A stretch of DNA of 64,000 nt from Octopus vulgaris (taxonomy: Eukaryota), in assembly GCA_951406725.2 (NCBI GenBank), contig OX597823.1, positions 13,516,001 to 13,580,000 of the forward strand. The letters run 5' to 3'. Under the pieces are notes generated by a model, which worked only from the letters and a program-made list of their open reading frames with translations, did not search any database and was not told where the DNA came from. Positions within the stretch are counted from its first letter, which is position 1. Each line of letters opens with the position of its first letter. The translations under genes were made by a program, and so were the position numbers. This document shows positions 1-13,732 of the stretch, piece by piece.

Positions 1-727
1 ATGAGTCTTGTGTTGGAAATAATAACAATGATATACTGCATGATAAATCTCAGAGCGAGTTATAAACAGTAGCAGCAACACATCGTGACGTATATTTGCC
101 ATTTGAATGATAGGGCATAGAAAGTGTGTCTATAGCCAGCTGGAGGAGGTGTCCTCTTGGGGCTACAAACTACCGTAGCATCCACCCTTAGGGGTTAGCC
201 ATATTCAAATGGCAAATATACGTAATGATATAATCTTTATTAATAAAACAATTAGCAGTGACGCACACTTGGTAATTTTATCGATAAACAGATATGGTAC
301 GTTAGTTGAGAAATTCTTGTATTCAATCCTATACAATATAGCTTTAATAAGTATCATAGCCACCAATCAACCAAAGTCTTGGAACGGGAATTCAAATGAC
401 TAAACATTTCTTGTTCTTCTGTAATAAGCTTAATTCCTCGTTCAGTTTGTTACCAGTGCTTTTAACGAAGTGCACTCTATTGAAAGAATTGAGGATACGT
501 TTCTGATGTTAGGACACCCTTCTTCTTACACTTTACTATTTTTGTTCACCTTGAAACTGTCAAGAACAACGAATTGAGAAAGTGGGTGAGCACATCGAAA
601 GTATCCCTGGAGGTGATTCTTTCGGTTTGCCTTTCGTTCGTTTGAAATTGATAGAAATAAAGTATCAGTCAAATACTGATTCAATTTCATCGACTAAACA
701 ACACCTATCACCAAAACCACAGAAAAA

Positions 728-960
728 TCTATTATATAAAATCCGTTCTGTTTGTCTCTGTGTGTGTTTTCTAGGATCTCGGGCATCCTCCATCGGATTA
801 CGCTCAAATTTGATATGTAGATACCGACGGCATCAGGGTGTGTATAAGTCTTCAAAAAAGTACAAAAATCGATTCCAGGTGAGAATGCGATCGATAAAGC
901 CGTGGGAACGTGCATTTGTAGGTGCAAGTATATCAGTCGAAATCCGTCTTTTTGCTGGTG
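728..960 (+). mobile_element. Non-autonomous Helitron-like element, 5' part (3' end not defined)
   Basis: Begins A|TCTATTATATAAAATCCGTTCTGTTTGTC (TC start at an A|T site, followed by GTCT-type repeats); shares its 5' end and the CATCGGAT/CATCCGAT..CGCT.AAATTT motif with 8905-9150. Confidence 0.5.
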
Positions 961-1309
961 TCTCAAATTTAGGTTCAATCAGTGTTTATCAAAGGGAGGG
1001 CCTATGGGACGGTCGGACAAGTTGTTTCGAGAAAATTTGGTTTAAATGTTTGATAACTCAGCACCGTCCATTGGAGGTGGGGCGTTTTGCTCGCAATACA
1101 TGTATATGATGTCACTTTGCTGTAGTTCAAAATTCGATATTTCGTGACCATGTTAGTGATCCCCCTTATTATTGCTAAGAAAGGTGGTGGATTTGTAGAA
1201 AATTTGTTGAAGAAAGTCACCTTGAGGTATTTAATTTCACATTTTTTACTATTAGCTTTGACATCATCTTTTTCTATCGTCCTTTTACATTTGATACAGT
1301 AAAATACCA

Positions 1310-1465
1310 GTCAAGTTCAGGAGGTAATTTCGTTGAGTAATTGTTCAAATTTCATCCTTTCGGGTTGATAAATTAAGTACCAGTTGCGTACCGGGATCGA
1401 TCTAATCGACTGCCCCCACTCCCCAAAATGTTGATGGCCATATGCTTAATTTCGAAACAGTTATT
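1310..1465 (+). mobile_element. SINE family A, 5'-truncated diverged copy
   Basis: TTTCATCCTTTCGGGTTGATAAATTAAGTACCAGTTGCGTAC..GATCTAATCGACTG shared with the other family A copies. Confidence 0.75.
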
Positions 1466-2866
1466 AAGAACAACGAATTGAGAAAGAGGGTGAGCACATC
1501 GAAAGTATCCCTGGAGGTGTTTCTTTCGGTTTGCCAAGTATGTGAGCTCAAATCTTGCCTTTCGTTCGTTTGAAGTTGATAGAACTAAAGTATCAGTCAA
1601 ATACCGATTCAATTTCATTGACTAAACAACACCTATCATCAAAACCACAGAAAAATCCTGCCCTTGTACCCGTATTAGAAGCAATTATTATGATGAGTAG
1701 AGAATTACCAGAATCGGTGCAGCAGATGATAAAATTACTTGCTGCAAGTATATCTTTGTTCGTTTCTGGTTTGAGTTCACAGTGAAAGTCGATGACGTAT
1801 TTAACGGTTAAGTACAGGCTCCGAGTTAACATACTCTGCATTCCCCAGATATTGGTGGCCTTGTATCTTTTGTCAGAAAGTATATTAAAAGAGAAGTAAG
1901 ATATAAAGCAAAAGAAAGCAACTGGCAACGCGGAAGACTGGTTTGGCTTGGGAAAGTTAGAGGGAGAAGATGAAAGAAAGAGAGAGATGGATGAATAATT
2001 TGTAGGAAAAAGAACGATTAAAAAGGGGGAAATACTATGAGGAAACAAGATAGATATTGTGAGAAAGGAAAAGTGAAAAAAGATGACCAATAAAATGGTA
2101 GGATTAAAGAGAAGTAATAGAGTAGGGAGGAGAAAGAGATAAAGAATGTGTGTGAGCAGGTGAGAAACTGAATAACGTTGGGGGAAACAGAAAAAGAAGG
2201 AACAAGTGAGAGAAAGTCGGAGAAACTAACGTTAACAGATATATTAAGAGAATGGGAAAAAGCGAGAGAATGAGAAGCAATAGTAGCAAGAGTAAGAAGT
2301 GGGATAATTTCATTGAAATCCGACTGGTGAACATGGAATTGTAGGAAACCAAATGTGGTATAGCGTGAAGTGGAACTGGGAAATTAATACAAAGTGAAGA
2401 TGTGGTTGTATGGAGTAGAGTGATGTGTGTGTGTGTGTGTGTGTTGTGGAAGGAAGGTTGATGAACGTATGTTGGGGTGGGGGTGGGGGGAACGGGTATA
2501 AACCGGAAGTTGTAGCCGAAATTCAATAGAGTTTCTTTAGCAGTTCTTGAGAGATTTTATTGAATTCCGATTAGTTAAGACTGGTGCTACAATAGAGATA
2601 TTGTTATCAATGATCGGCTGGCTATTGAGCGTTGGGTTGGAGAGCAGAGGGAGTAGAAAATGGCGACATGGAGGAGTGGATGGGAATTCAGGACCAAAGA
2701 CTGAGTGAAGTGGCGGAGGGGATATTGCTGGTAGTAAAATTAGATGGAGGATGTAATAGACAGATTGAATTAGAATTGTTGGCCATAGGGAGAAAGAGAG
2801 AAAGAGGAATGCATAGATGAAGAGGGAGAGAACAGAAAGGCAGATTGAGAAACAGTGAGAAAGAAT

Positions 2867-2919
<53 letters not shown>

Positions 2920-2968
2920 AGTGGTGGTGGTGGTGGTGGTGGTGATGATGATGATGATGATTATGATG
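2867..2968. repeat. (GAT)n/(GGT)n compound trinucleotide microsatellite
   Basis: Seen directly; explains the poly-His ORF. Confidence 0.95.
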
Positions 2969-3354
2969 ATAGAGACGTTCTGATAGGAATACCAACAGAT
3001 GTAGCTAGATAGATACGTAGAGAAAGAGAAAAAATTATAGATAGGTACGTAGATTTATAATCATATAGATAGACTGATACATAGATAGATAGCTAGTTAG
3101 ATAAACACTTTCTGCTCTGTAGACAAAAGGAGACAGCGATTAGGATATTCACGTTCGAATGTGCCTGAACGTATCAAGAGTGAATATTCGTTATATTATT
3201 TTGATTTTCAGTTTTCTCCGTGTACGTAACGATTTATGGTAGGGGTATGACAGATATCAGCATGCGACAGCTATATATACGTATATACATATATGTATAT
3301 ACGTATATTCATATATGTATATACGTATAAACATGTGTATATACATATATGTAT

Positions 3355-3739
3355 GTGGAGGTGCATTGGCCCAGAGGTTAGGGCAACGGACTCGCAGTTG
3401 TAGGATCGCGGCTTCGATTCCCAGTCCGGGCGTTCTGAGTGTTTATTGAGCGAAAACACCTAAAGCTCTACGAGGCTGCGGCAGGGGGTGGTGGTGAACC
3501 CTGCTATACTGTTTCACCACAACTTTCTCTCACTCTTTCTTCCTGTTTCTGTTGTACCTGTATTTCAAAGGGCCAGCCTTGTCACACTCTGCGTCAGGCT
3601 GAATCTTCCCGAGAACAACGTTAAGAGTACCCGTGTCAGTAGCGTGCTCAGCCACTTGCACGTTAACTAAACGAGCAGGCTGTTCCGTGGATCGGATCAA
3701 CTGGAACACTCGTCGTTGCAACCGACGGAGTGCCATCCC

Positions 3740-3740
<1 letters not shown>
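3355..3740 (+). mobile_element. tRNA-derived SINE (family C), modular/chimeric
   Basis: A-box-like TGGCCCAGAGG and B-box-like GCTTCGATTCCC; 5' half resembles 24898-25203, 3' half matches 40670-40855. Confidence 0.8.
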
Positions 3741-3818
<78 letters not shown>

Positions 3819-3819
3819 T

Positions 3820-3940
3820 AACGTGATCACGTGACCCTCCTTCCTTCCTTCTTTCCTGAGCGTCCAATGATACAATACTTTTTCCACGTCCTCGCGTTCT
3901 AGTGTTTTCTCTTTGTGTTTTCATGTTTGGATTAACTATA
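3820..3940 (+). mobile_element. Short (TA)n-embedded interspersed repeat
   Basis: CCCTCC..TTCTTTCCTGAGCGTCCAAT..CCACGTCCT..TTTGGATTAACTATATA; second copy at 40030-40150. Confidence 0.7.
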
Positions 3941-3960
3941 TATATATTTATATATATATA

Positions 3961-3994
<34 letters not shown>

Positions 3995-3998
<4 letters not shown>

Positions 3999-4235
3999 CA
4001 TGTCCAAGTGGTTTGGTTGTTGCACTCACGATCGCCAGATCATGGTTTCGACTTTCAGACAGGGTGCTGTAATGTGTTCTTGAATAAAATATTCTTCACG
4101 TTGCTCTGTGATCGTTTCGACATCTGACGTGTGATACTTTCGTGCATCTACACAGGCAATGGCGATCTGATGGTGGGAATGATCTTACGTGAACACAAAT
4201 ATTTGGACACTATAAATAAATCATCTTCACCCGTT
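3995..4235 (+). mobile_element. Old tRNA-derived SINE (family D)
   Basis: Degenerate tRNA head (AAGTGGTT..GGTTTCGAC), CORE-like TGTTCTTGA..AA..TTCACGTTG; homologous to 55128-55377. Confidence 0.55.
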
Positions 4236-6198
4236 GTTTAGACAGATAGATAGATAGAGAGAGAGGGAGAGAGAGAGAGATAAGCATGCATAAATACACG
4301 TGGAAGGGAGGGAGAAAGAAAAATTTTGTAGGTTGTCACCAACTTTTTTAGGTGGTGCAGTCTTTTGTTACCTCTCCCTATTTGAAAACAGTGCCTTGTG
4401 TAATTATAAAGTCGGGAGGTATTTGGAATTTGAACTCCACCCAGATCAGATTTGTTTTTCTATTTTCAATTTATGTTGCTAAGCAACTATTTAAACTGAT
4501 TATTATTTAGACATTAATATTGTATTCCTTCTGTAAATTTAAAGATTAATATTTTAATATTATTTATAACATCTAATCATTTAGTGTTTTATTATTATCT
4601 TCGCTGTTATTCATATTTTGTATATAATTGTATTTATTATGAAGAATGCAGATAAAATTATAATTTATATAATTTGATGAACCTATTATATTTTTGAAAA
4701 CTTATTTTTGATAGAACTTTTATACAAAATTCTAAATATGCTTTTTGTTAAAAATTACCAACGATATTTTAAATATCAAACCCATTTTAATTAATAATTT
4801 TTTACGTCTTTTTATTTTTAAAACAAAAATGCTTAGTGGTTCACAAATTAACACGAAATTATGAGTTTACTGCAGTTGAGAAAATTCGATTCGTTTCCAA
4901 AGTTGAAATCTTTGTTTCAGCAAGCAATATATACCAACTTAATTTATGCCTAAGTTGATAGATTATAATCATTCATTTTTAATTATTTCTCTTTCAACAG
5001 AGAGGTGAATGCGAACATAATTTAAAATCCCTTATGTTTTGAGGAACTTGATGTCAAAAACTTTGTTTTTAGATATTAATATTGCTTTTCAAAGGAGCCT
5101 TTTGAGATTTTGTTTTGGGATATTAGGGAAAATTTTTCAGGAATCGCGTAGATAGTAGAGATATCTTTTAGGAAAAATAGCAGAAATATTTTAGGTAAGT
5201 TGAGAGATTTTAGAGGAGATAAATCAACTTACGCTTGGTAGATTAAAAAATATGAACCTTAGGTAACTGCGATTCTATTCGTGGAATCTTTCCTTTTACA
5301 ATTTTTTAAAACTAAATTTTCATGTATTATTTTATCGGGAACATTCTTGGTCTACTTTGGGACAGGATCATAATGGAAAACGTTTGCACAACCATGCCAT
5401 AAATATTTTGCTTTAGGATTATTTTGTTGACATATATTGTTGGCGATTCCATTATAAACATGTATAAATGAGGAACTTTAAGATTATAACTGCGTATTGA
5501 TATTTATAAATTTTAGATGTTTTGTGTAACTGAACCTCAGATGTGTGCAGTCAAAACCCAAACAAGGAATTAACTAAAAACGGTATTTTCCTTTTCCCCA
5601 AAATTCTAGCTTGATTGTAGTACAATATTACTAGGCTATTATACATTAACAATTATTGCTGTTAAAAATCTTCAAAATAATAATATCTGACAATCTTCCA
5701 GTTCTGTGTGAAGTTTTCTCTGGTATACTCTCAATAGACAGCTACGTTGTTGACGTTTTGATTACATTCCAATCAACGTCTGACAAATTCTCCTGGAAAT
5801 TTTACGAGTCTCCAAAGAATGAATTATTATCTTTATGCCCAATTTCGACTTTCCTTCATCAGTTGTTTGTAAAAGTATTAATAATTAATTCTATTCTTTA
5901 TTATTTGAATACATTCGCCAGGTGTGTTCTCTTTAGCGTCAAGTATATCTTGAAAAACAATTACGTGAAGGATTCTTTTCATAATCGTTATGAAATCTTT
6001 ATATTTCTTCCTACTCGGAAATTATTTTACATGTTAACTTAGAAATCAGTATAAATATTAATTGCAACGATAAGTCTTCGAAACATCAGCATTTTATGCT
6101 ATTTCTACTGATATTTCCCTAAAACAAATATGAAAGCCATGAGTTATAAAGTACGTTAAGTTGATCTTGAAAAACTATTCCAATATTTACATATAACA

Positions 6199-6415
6199 AG
6201 GCAGTGAGTTGACAGAATCTTTGCCGCGCTGGACAAAATGCTCAGCGGAATTTCTCCTGGCTCTTTATGTTCTAAATTTAAATGTCACCAAAATTTACTT
6301 TGTACTTCATCTCTCAGGCTCGATAAAATATGTACCAGTGAGCATGGGAGTCGATGTAATCCATGTCTCCTTCCCCTAAAAGCTGCTGGCCTTTTGCTTA
6401 AATTAGAAACAAATT
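6199..6415 (+). mobile_element. SINE family A, old diverged copy
   Basis: GGCAGTGAGTTGACAGAATC head; TCGATAAAATATGTACCAG..GTCGATGTAATC body. Confidence 0.7.
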
Positions 6416-6466
6416 ATAGACATATAAATTTTTGAAGCAATAACATATTTACAAGGTTTCTATTAT

Positions 6467-6698
6467 CTCTCTTTTCTCTTTTACTTGTTTCAGTCATTTG
6501 ACTGCGGCCATGCTGGAGCACCGCCTTAAATCGAGCAACTCGACCCCGGGACTTATTCTTTTCTAAGCACAATACTTATTCTATCGGTCTCTTTTGCCGA
6601 ACCTCTAAGTAACGAGGACATAAACAAATCAGCATCGGTTGTCAAGCAATGCTAGGGGGACAAAAACAGACATACAAACACACACATACCCACACACA

Positions 6699-6733
<35 letters not shown>

Positions 6734-6895
6734 GACGGGCTTCTTTCAGTTTCCCTCTACCAAATCCACTCACAAGGCTTTCGTCGGCCCGAGGCTATAG
6801 TAGAAGACACTTGCCCAAGGTGTCACGCAGTAGGAATGAACCCGGAACCATGTGGTTGGTAAACAAGCTACTTACCACACAGCCACTCCTGGGCC
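6467..6895 (-). mobile_element. SINE family B (tRNA head, CORE-like domain, internal microsatellite), near full length
   Basis: Minus strand reads AGGAGTGGCTGTGTGGTAAG..GGTTCCGGGTTCA..CCTTGGGCAAGTGTCTT..(TA)n(TG)n..CAGCATGGCCGCAGTCAAATGACTGAAACAAGTAAAAGAG; many copies in window. Confidence 0.9.
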
Positions 6896-7469
6896 TATAT
6901 CTGTATTATATGCAGAGTTAGAATTTTGGTGTCAGATTATCGACAGAAGTAATTGTGCAATATTCTAAGTATGCTACTAAGAAGTAACCAAGTAAACTTG
7001 AAATCTGGTGGCGTGTCCATTATTACACATTGTTGTTCCTTTCGTACTGATAAAAGATAAGTCTGTGTGCTATCAGGTGGGTCACCTGTTTTGTAAAGCT
7101 TCATATCTTTCGGTTATAATTTTTTTTTTAAGTTGTGGTTGGTATCTTTCAGATGTTGAAACTAAGTAGGCAAATAGTTAAAATATGGAAACTACAAGTG
7201 AAATAGGGAACTGACTTTTTTTTAATCGTTAGCCTTTTCTTTAATCGCTCGAATTAAAGGAATGAAACCATTCACTCATTACTGAACTGTGGCACAGGTT
7301 CAAGTTTCCGGAAGACATAGTCCTTTAGAAACAGCACAATGGTCCATGAGGGAAACAAACAGAGAGACAGTAATTAAATTGATAGGTATATACAAGCACA
7401 AACACACACACACACACATGTACATATAGTTGTAATTAAACCCAATTTCACATTAAATTCAACGATTAC

Positions 7470-7510
<41 letters not shown>

Positions 7511-8556
7511 AAGGCAGGATGTGTGTGTGTACGGGAATGTAAATTATGCACGTCCACAAATAAGCACGCATGTCGCTCCAATTTTAGGAGGACATTTGTC
7601 ACGTTCCTACCAGGGTTTTGTCAACTTATGTTTTACCGAGGCACCCGCCGATAGCGGTAAAAATCTATTTTCTACCATAGCTTTTACCAATTTTGAATGT
7701 TGCTGAGATAAGTTAAGTCCGTTCTAGCCATATCCAAGCGAAAGTGTGTGTTTGAGGGAGCGAGAGAGAGAAGTTGTGTATTGATGCTTATGTGTGTGTG
7801 GGAGGGAGGGCGTATCATAACGTCTAACAAAAAAGTAAAGAAAAAGTATGTGTAAGGTAGAGTGGGAGAGAGTTTGACAGCGTCTAACAAAAAAAGGTGA
7901 AAGACAAGTGTGTGAGAGAGAGAGAGAGAGCGTTCATAAAAAATAAAATGTAAAATGTTTTGTTTTTTCTTAAACACGAGATATAGTCTTCAAATTTAGG
8001 ATGTTTTTGAAACACAATATATTTTATTATCAAATTATATATACTTTCTCACACAACAATTAAAATACATTTATTTTAAATCATTTATTTATTTTAAATC
8101 GTTCATCATTCTCCCCGCTGTCTTACACACATATCACTTTGGGTGCGAACGACTTTTGTTTTTATTTTACGCCGAGGAAAAAAGTGTTTTGTTGACAATC
8201 CATTTATTTTAACAACAAAGAAACCCAGAGTTAGGTAACAATTTGTCAGTGAATTACACAGTATGGTTACAATTTCCAAGGCTTCTACCACACCCCACTC
8301 CGTTTTTCGGACCATAAAAAGGGTTTTGTAGCATATTAGGAGACCAGAGTAGTTGATTCCACGCAAAAAAAAAACGATTTTTTCTTAGTGAAAATCGTGC
8401 GAGTGTTAATCTACAAATTTACCAAATTATTTCCATTCATTTCTGTTTATGGACATGTATGCGTGCCAAAAGCATATACGCAATAGGTGTACGTACGTAC
8501 GTGTGTGTATGTGTGTTCGTGTGTATGTGTGTGTATGTTGCCCATATATATTTATA

Positions 8557-8605
<49 letters not shown>

Positions 8606-8904
8606 ATACTTTGGGATGTTCATTTTATTTATTCCTTTTTTTACCAAATAATCACTTGCACTATATATATATATATAGTAGAAAATATATAAAAAAAGGG
8701 AAGAGAAATGCCTCCATTTCACATAGTTTGAATATCTTTTTGTTTAAAAAATATATATACATAAAGTATGTATATATATTTTTTTATAAGAAGATATTAA
8801 AACTATGTGAAATGAAGGCAATTTTTATATGTTTTCTATATATCTTCCCTTCATAATTTTGCCACGTGCAGTATACTGATTCTCCTGCATTTTTGCTCCT
8901 TCTA

Positions 8905-9150
8905 TCTTATATAAAATCCGTTCCGTCTGTCTGTCTGTTTGTGCGCTTATAACCCGAATATTGCTCATCCGATCGCGCTGAAATTTTAAACATGAATGCA
9001 TCAGAGAGCTGAGCGTTCCGTAATCTAAAAAGATTTTCAAAATCGTTAGTTTCAAAGTGAGAATAGCGAGTTATGTAATCTTTATGTCCTGTTTGTTCGG
9101 CCATTAAAACAACTAGTTGCTCAGACAGCCGGCTCATGCCATTTCGCTAG
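8905..9150 (+). mobile_element. Non-autonomous Helitron-like element
   Basis: 5' A|TCTTATATAAAATCCGTTCC(GTCT)n; candidate CTAG 3' ends at 9113-9116 or 9147-9150; no TSD. Confidence 0.55.
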
Positions 9151-10384
9151 CAACAAGGGGAGTACAGGATGACAGTCAACCAAAACGTCGCTATGCTGTC
9201 TCTCTTTTTTCCTCTCTCTGTGGGGTTAATAATCTTAATCTTTAGTTACAGTTTCTCATTAAAAGTACATAATAGGCAGAATTGTAGGATTAAAACAGTA
9301 GAGTGTTTTGAGGGAGATTTGGCTGCTATTTCTACCAGGTCTTCTTATATGAGACACTGTATTCTTATATGAGACACTGTCCTATATATCATACATTCCT
9401 TATGCTTTCCAAAACCGAGTTACAGATTTTGATTTACGGAGCATCAAAAGATTCAGTACTATTTTGGCTACAAATTAAACTTAATTTCCATTCACATATT
9501 TGCATTTCAAAAGTTTAACATAATCTTTTCCATAAATCAATTATCGTAAAAATGTTATACATTTACGTTACATTTTCTATGTGTGTGTACCTTAAAAGAC
9601 GTCAATCATCATGACACACGTCTTCACTCACTCACTCTATCTTTTTCTCACATACTTTCTCTCTCACATACACTCACGCAAGCACGCACGCACAGACACA
9701 CGCATGCACACACACAAACACACACAGACGTCCATTTCATAAAGACGTCCATATATCTTTCAGTTTCTTTCTCTGTTCTTATCGCTTATCTTCTTTCAAT
9801 TTCTGCTCTCTTGAAATATAATTCTTACGGATGCAACTACTTACAAAAATAGAGATTAATGTATAACTTCTTTCTATGTTCATAAGATTTTTGTTTACAA
9901 TACTGGGGAAAATATTCCACTAAGGAAAATACGTAGTCTCTCCAGAAACAAGTAAAAACAAAAAGGATTGTAGAAAACCGAACGCGAGATTCTGAAGAGA
10001 GAGGCTAGATGAGATTTTCTCAAGATCAGCAAATGCAAGTTGCAGCACTTAATACTGGATCATTAAATCAATGTTTTAATGATTAGACAGAGATCCAATA
10101 TAATAGCTCTCAGAAACATGCCACGTACAAATTCGTTCTTCACAACGTGTAGCTTTTTTTGTGCATTTTGTTTGCAGAAAATAAAGAAATGACAGTAATA
10201 ACGTTTAATAAATGATGCTAACTGCAAATTATGTATGATCTAAGGTATTCCGCGCCCGACATCACAAAATGCGTCTGAGCAAATATTGAAGGAAAGCAAA
10301 TAGAGACTCAGACATTGCTTAGAAAAGAATTTTCATTTTTAACCTCGTATATAGTACGCCCTAGGGATTTTGACCTTTAATTTT

Positions 10385-10420
10385 TGGGGAAAAATGCGTA
10401 TTATACTCGAGGAATTACGG

Positions 10421-10422
<2 letters not shown>
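10385..10422. mobile_element. Isolated DNA-transposon terminal inverted repeat (pogo/Tc2-like)
   Basis: TGCGTATTATACTCGAGGAATTACGG followed by TA; partner TIR not found. Confidence 0.35.
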
Positions 10423-10490
<68 letters not shown>

Positions 10491-10496
10491 AATAAC

Positions 10497-10600
10497 AATA
10501 ACCATCAGAGCATCACAACAAATCACAGCACATACCCAAGGCACACAGAGCTGCGCTCGGTAGTGAAGTGAAAGCACGCTATAAAAATAAAACTACTGAA
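10497..10600 (+). mobile_element. 3' UTR fragment of a probable Dong/R4-clade LINE in a (TAA)n array
   Basis: About 100 bp of non-microsatellite sequence flanked on both sides by (AAT)n; Dong elements are known to target TAA repeats; clade assignment is recognition-based. Confidence 0.45.
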
Positions 10601-10636
10601 TAATAATAATAATAATAATAATAAACCAGTGAAGAA

Positions 10637-10721
<85 letters not shown>

Positions 10722-10790
10722 TGTATGTATGTATGTATGTATTTCTTAACTCATTTATTACTGTTATTTTATTTTCACGTCTCTACATTT

Positions 10791-10836
10791 TGTCCGGAAT
10801 TTTTTCGTTACACAACTGTGACCTGTTCAGCGACAC
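10791..10836 (-). ncRNA. Degenerate minimal hammerhead-like motif
   Basis: Minus RNA: UGUCG CUGAACA G GUCACA-GUUG-UGUAAC GAAA A AA UUC CGGACA. Confidence 0.4.
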
Positions 10837-11211
10837 CTTTCGTTTCCCTGTGTGCTTTTGCACCACTTCCTCCATTCTGTTCTTCATATATATATGTGTG
10901 TGTGTGTGTGTGTGAGTGAGAGAGAGAGAGAGAGAGATATAGTGTGTGTGTGTCATAGTGATAAAAGGAAACACACGCACAGAGACATTCATGAATATCG
11001 ATTAAGAAGATGCTTTTACAAATATTTTCATTATGCTTAAGGCGTTAGATCACTGTTCGAAAGGGAATAACAAATACTCCCTTACTCAATAATGGAATAG
11101 CGTATTGCAGTTTTTTTTTATATTCCTGTAGAAAAGACAGAAACGGTTTCCAGTAGAAATATAAGAGCCTTGTGACTATATAAAAGAAACTCCTCTTTTA
11201 CTTCTTCCACC

Positions 11212-11290
<79 letters not shown>

Positions 11291-11330
11291 ATCATCATCA
11301 TCATCATTATTATTATCATCAATATTATTG
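11212..11330. repeat. (ATT)n/(ATC)n microsatellite
   Basis: Seen directly. Confidence 0.95.
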
Positions 11331-11848
11331 CTGCTGCTATTGCTGTTATCATTATTGTTATGATTAAAATTATCATCAGTATTATCGTGGTCATCATCAC
11401 CACTCTTATTACCATCCGTGTCTTTAACGTATATGGATTTCTTCAAAAACTTCACTTAACTGTATTTGAAGCTTCTATTGTGAAAACACTTTTTTATTCT
11501 TTCTATCACAAGGAAGAAACTATTTTGCCAGTGGGGGAAGTATAAATTGCGTCCTCAACCAATTATTTGTGGTTTGCAGAGAGATTTTTTTTTCAGAATG
11601 TATATGAAAACTTTGCATTTTCCTCTCATACTGAAATTATTCTAAGTGTTTCTGGGAAATCCATATAAATATGGATTACAACAAAAGGACTTCGAAATAC
11701 AAGGACATGTTATGATTTCAACTGATATCTTCCTGAAAGAAATCTAAAAGAAATATCCTGTAAGATAAAAAAAAGGCAGAACATATACATATACATACAT
11801 ACATAAATACAAATATATAAATACATACATACATACATACATACATAC

Positions 11849-11911
<63 letters not shown>

Positions 11912-12430
11912 TTGGAATAATGTTTCACTGTAATTATTATTTTGGTTGTTTGTTAACAGGAAACCATAAATCTTCGGTTTTATCGGAATTTATAAGAACC
12001 TAGCTTCTAAAGATAAACCACAAGAACACGAAATTTTTCAAGTATTTATGGATGTAAATTCGTTTTTATTTATTTACTTATTTATTTATTTTTTTCATTA
12101 TTTTTATTTTTGGATTTAGTGCCAAAGTGATGTTTACTGTTCACTGTATGTTGTTTACTGTATTATTTCCGATTATTTGTTCAAGAAACCAACATGGCTG
12201 CCATTTATTGTTCTTTTCATTCTGTTTTTATTTAGCATTTCCGTTCTTTTTTGTTTTGTTTTGTTTGTTTTTTTTTTTTGGCATTTATAGAATACACACC
12301 AGGTTAGAATACACATTTCGCACTGCTTTAAAATAGATTTAAAGAGAATGTAGGAGTCTGATACCCGACTGAACGTTCTATTTAAATTTGATGTGGTGAT
12401 ACGAAACATTTTCTTCCTCTGGCACCTGAC

Positions 12431-12502
<72 letters not shown>

Positions 12503-12578
12503 TGTATGTGTGCGTGTGTGAGCGTGCGAGTATGTGTATGTGTATGCATGCATATACGTATAAAAATATAATATTTCT

Positions 12579-12617
<39 letters not shown>

Positions 12618-13732
12618 GTTACAAATACGTATGTATACACAAACACACACACATACATACACGTGAATACATGTGAATTTGAACTCACAACTTAAAGACT
12701 ACGAAATGCTACTATACATGCTGCCGTATATGCTACCGTTTCTGCCAGCTCAAAGTCTTGATAAAAATAGGTATAATGATCATGATGATGATGATGATTA
12801 TCATCATCATCATCATGATTATAATGATCATAATTTTGATCACAATAATATTTTTGATGTTCTCCTCAGTTTTCTGTGAAAATATTATCAAAATCAAGTC
12901 CGGACCGATAGGTGGGAGGTCTTTTAAACCGCGCTAAGCATGACTGCAACTTTCTTCCCTCATGTAAAACGAAAATTATTAAATTTTTGATTACAATTTT
13001 CAAGAGACAATTTTTGTAAATTAAAATTTGTTATTAAACTACGTAAAGGGGCGAATAGCCTTTAACAATTATGTAATTCAACTCCATAAAAAGCAGTGAC
13101 GATAAAAAGCGAAGTTCATCCGTAGTTTTTATGATATTCATGGTTGTTAGAAGGGGCAGATTAAAGCGGTCAATCTACACAGTTCACAAGCATTACTAGA
13201 AGGACTGGTTGTGCTAAGCATGGTTGCAGCTTCATTTCCATCCTGAAGGAATGAAAAATAATTAATTTTAAAATTTTATTTTAAAGTGAATCCCTTGTAA
13301 ATTAAAAAGATATTAAGTTATTAAACTACATGAAATTTGTTTCCATAAAAGAAGAAAATATGCTTCGTTGCTAGTATACTAGTGATAAAGAAAAATGCAC
13401 TGCAACCAGATGCGTGGTCGAGTCTTTGTCGATTAAACTGACTGACATCTTCAAAAAAGCATAAACAAAACCTGTTAAAATGAATTTAGTTGTAGAAGGT
13501 CACAGACTAAGCAGCAATAATAATAATCCACAGAGCATGAACATCATGATAGTATCTGGCAGGTATAATCCACGCCCTTTAACCTTGAATGGTGATGTAA
13601 GTTTCAAGATCTTCCTCTTGGTAGAGAGTGTTCTCTGACCACAGATACACTATAGTCGATAACCACTCTGAATAGTTTAACATGCATTTCAGCTTTTCAT
13701 GCAATATATTTGTGTTAATGATCTCATGAATA

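Noticed and set aside
582-2090. 175-aa and 165-aa ORFs as genes
   Set aside because: They run across a duplicated segment, a Helitron-like end and low-complexity purine-rich DNA; no recognisable domain
2537-2995. Poly-His ORF, and the many YIYI/THTH/CVCV/poly-L/poly-N/YLSI ORFs in the track
   Set aside because: Translations of microsatellites; no coding signal
5838-5868. CUGAUGA..GAAA on minus
   Set aside because: Stem II is only about 2 bp and there is no convincing stem I or cleavage triplet
4480-6150. Highly decayed Penelope ORF on minus (KIPFL, IYQL..YI hints)
   Set aside because: Motifs too short and scattered across frames to support by eye; needs a translated profile search
7515-8480. 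Possible transposon between microsatellites
   Set aside because: No TIR, TSD, second copy or coding motif could be identified
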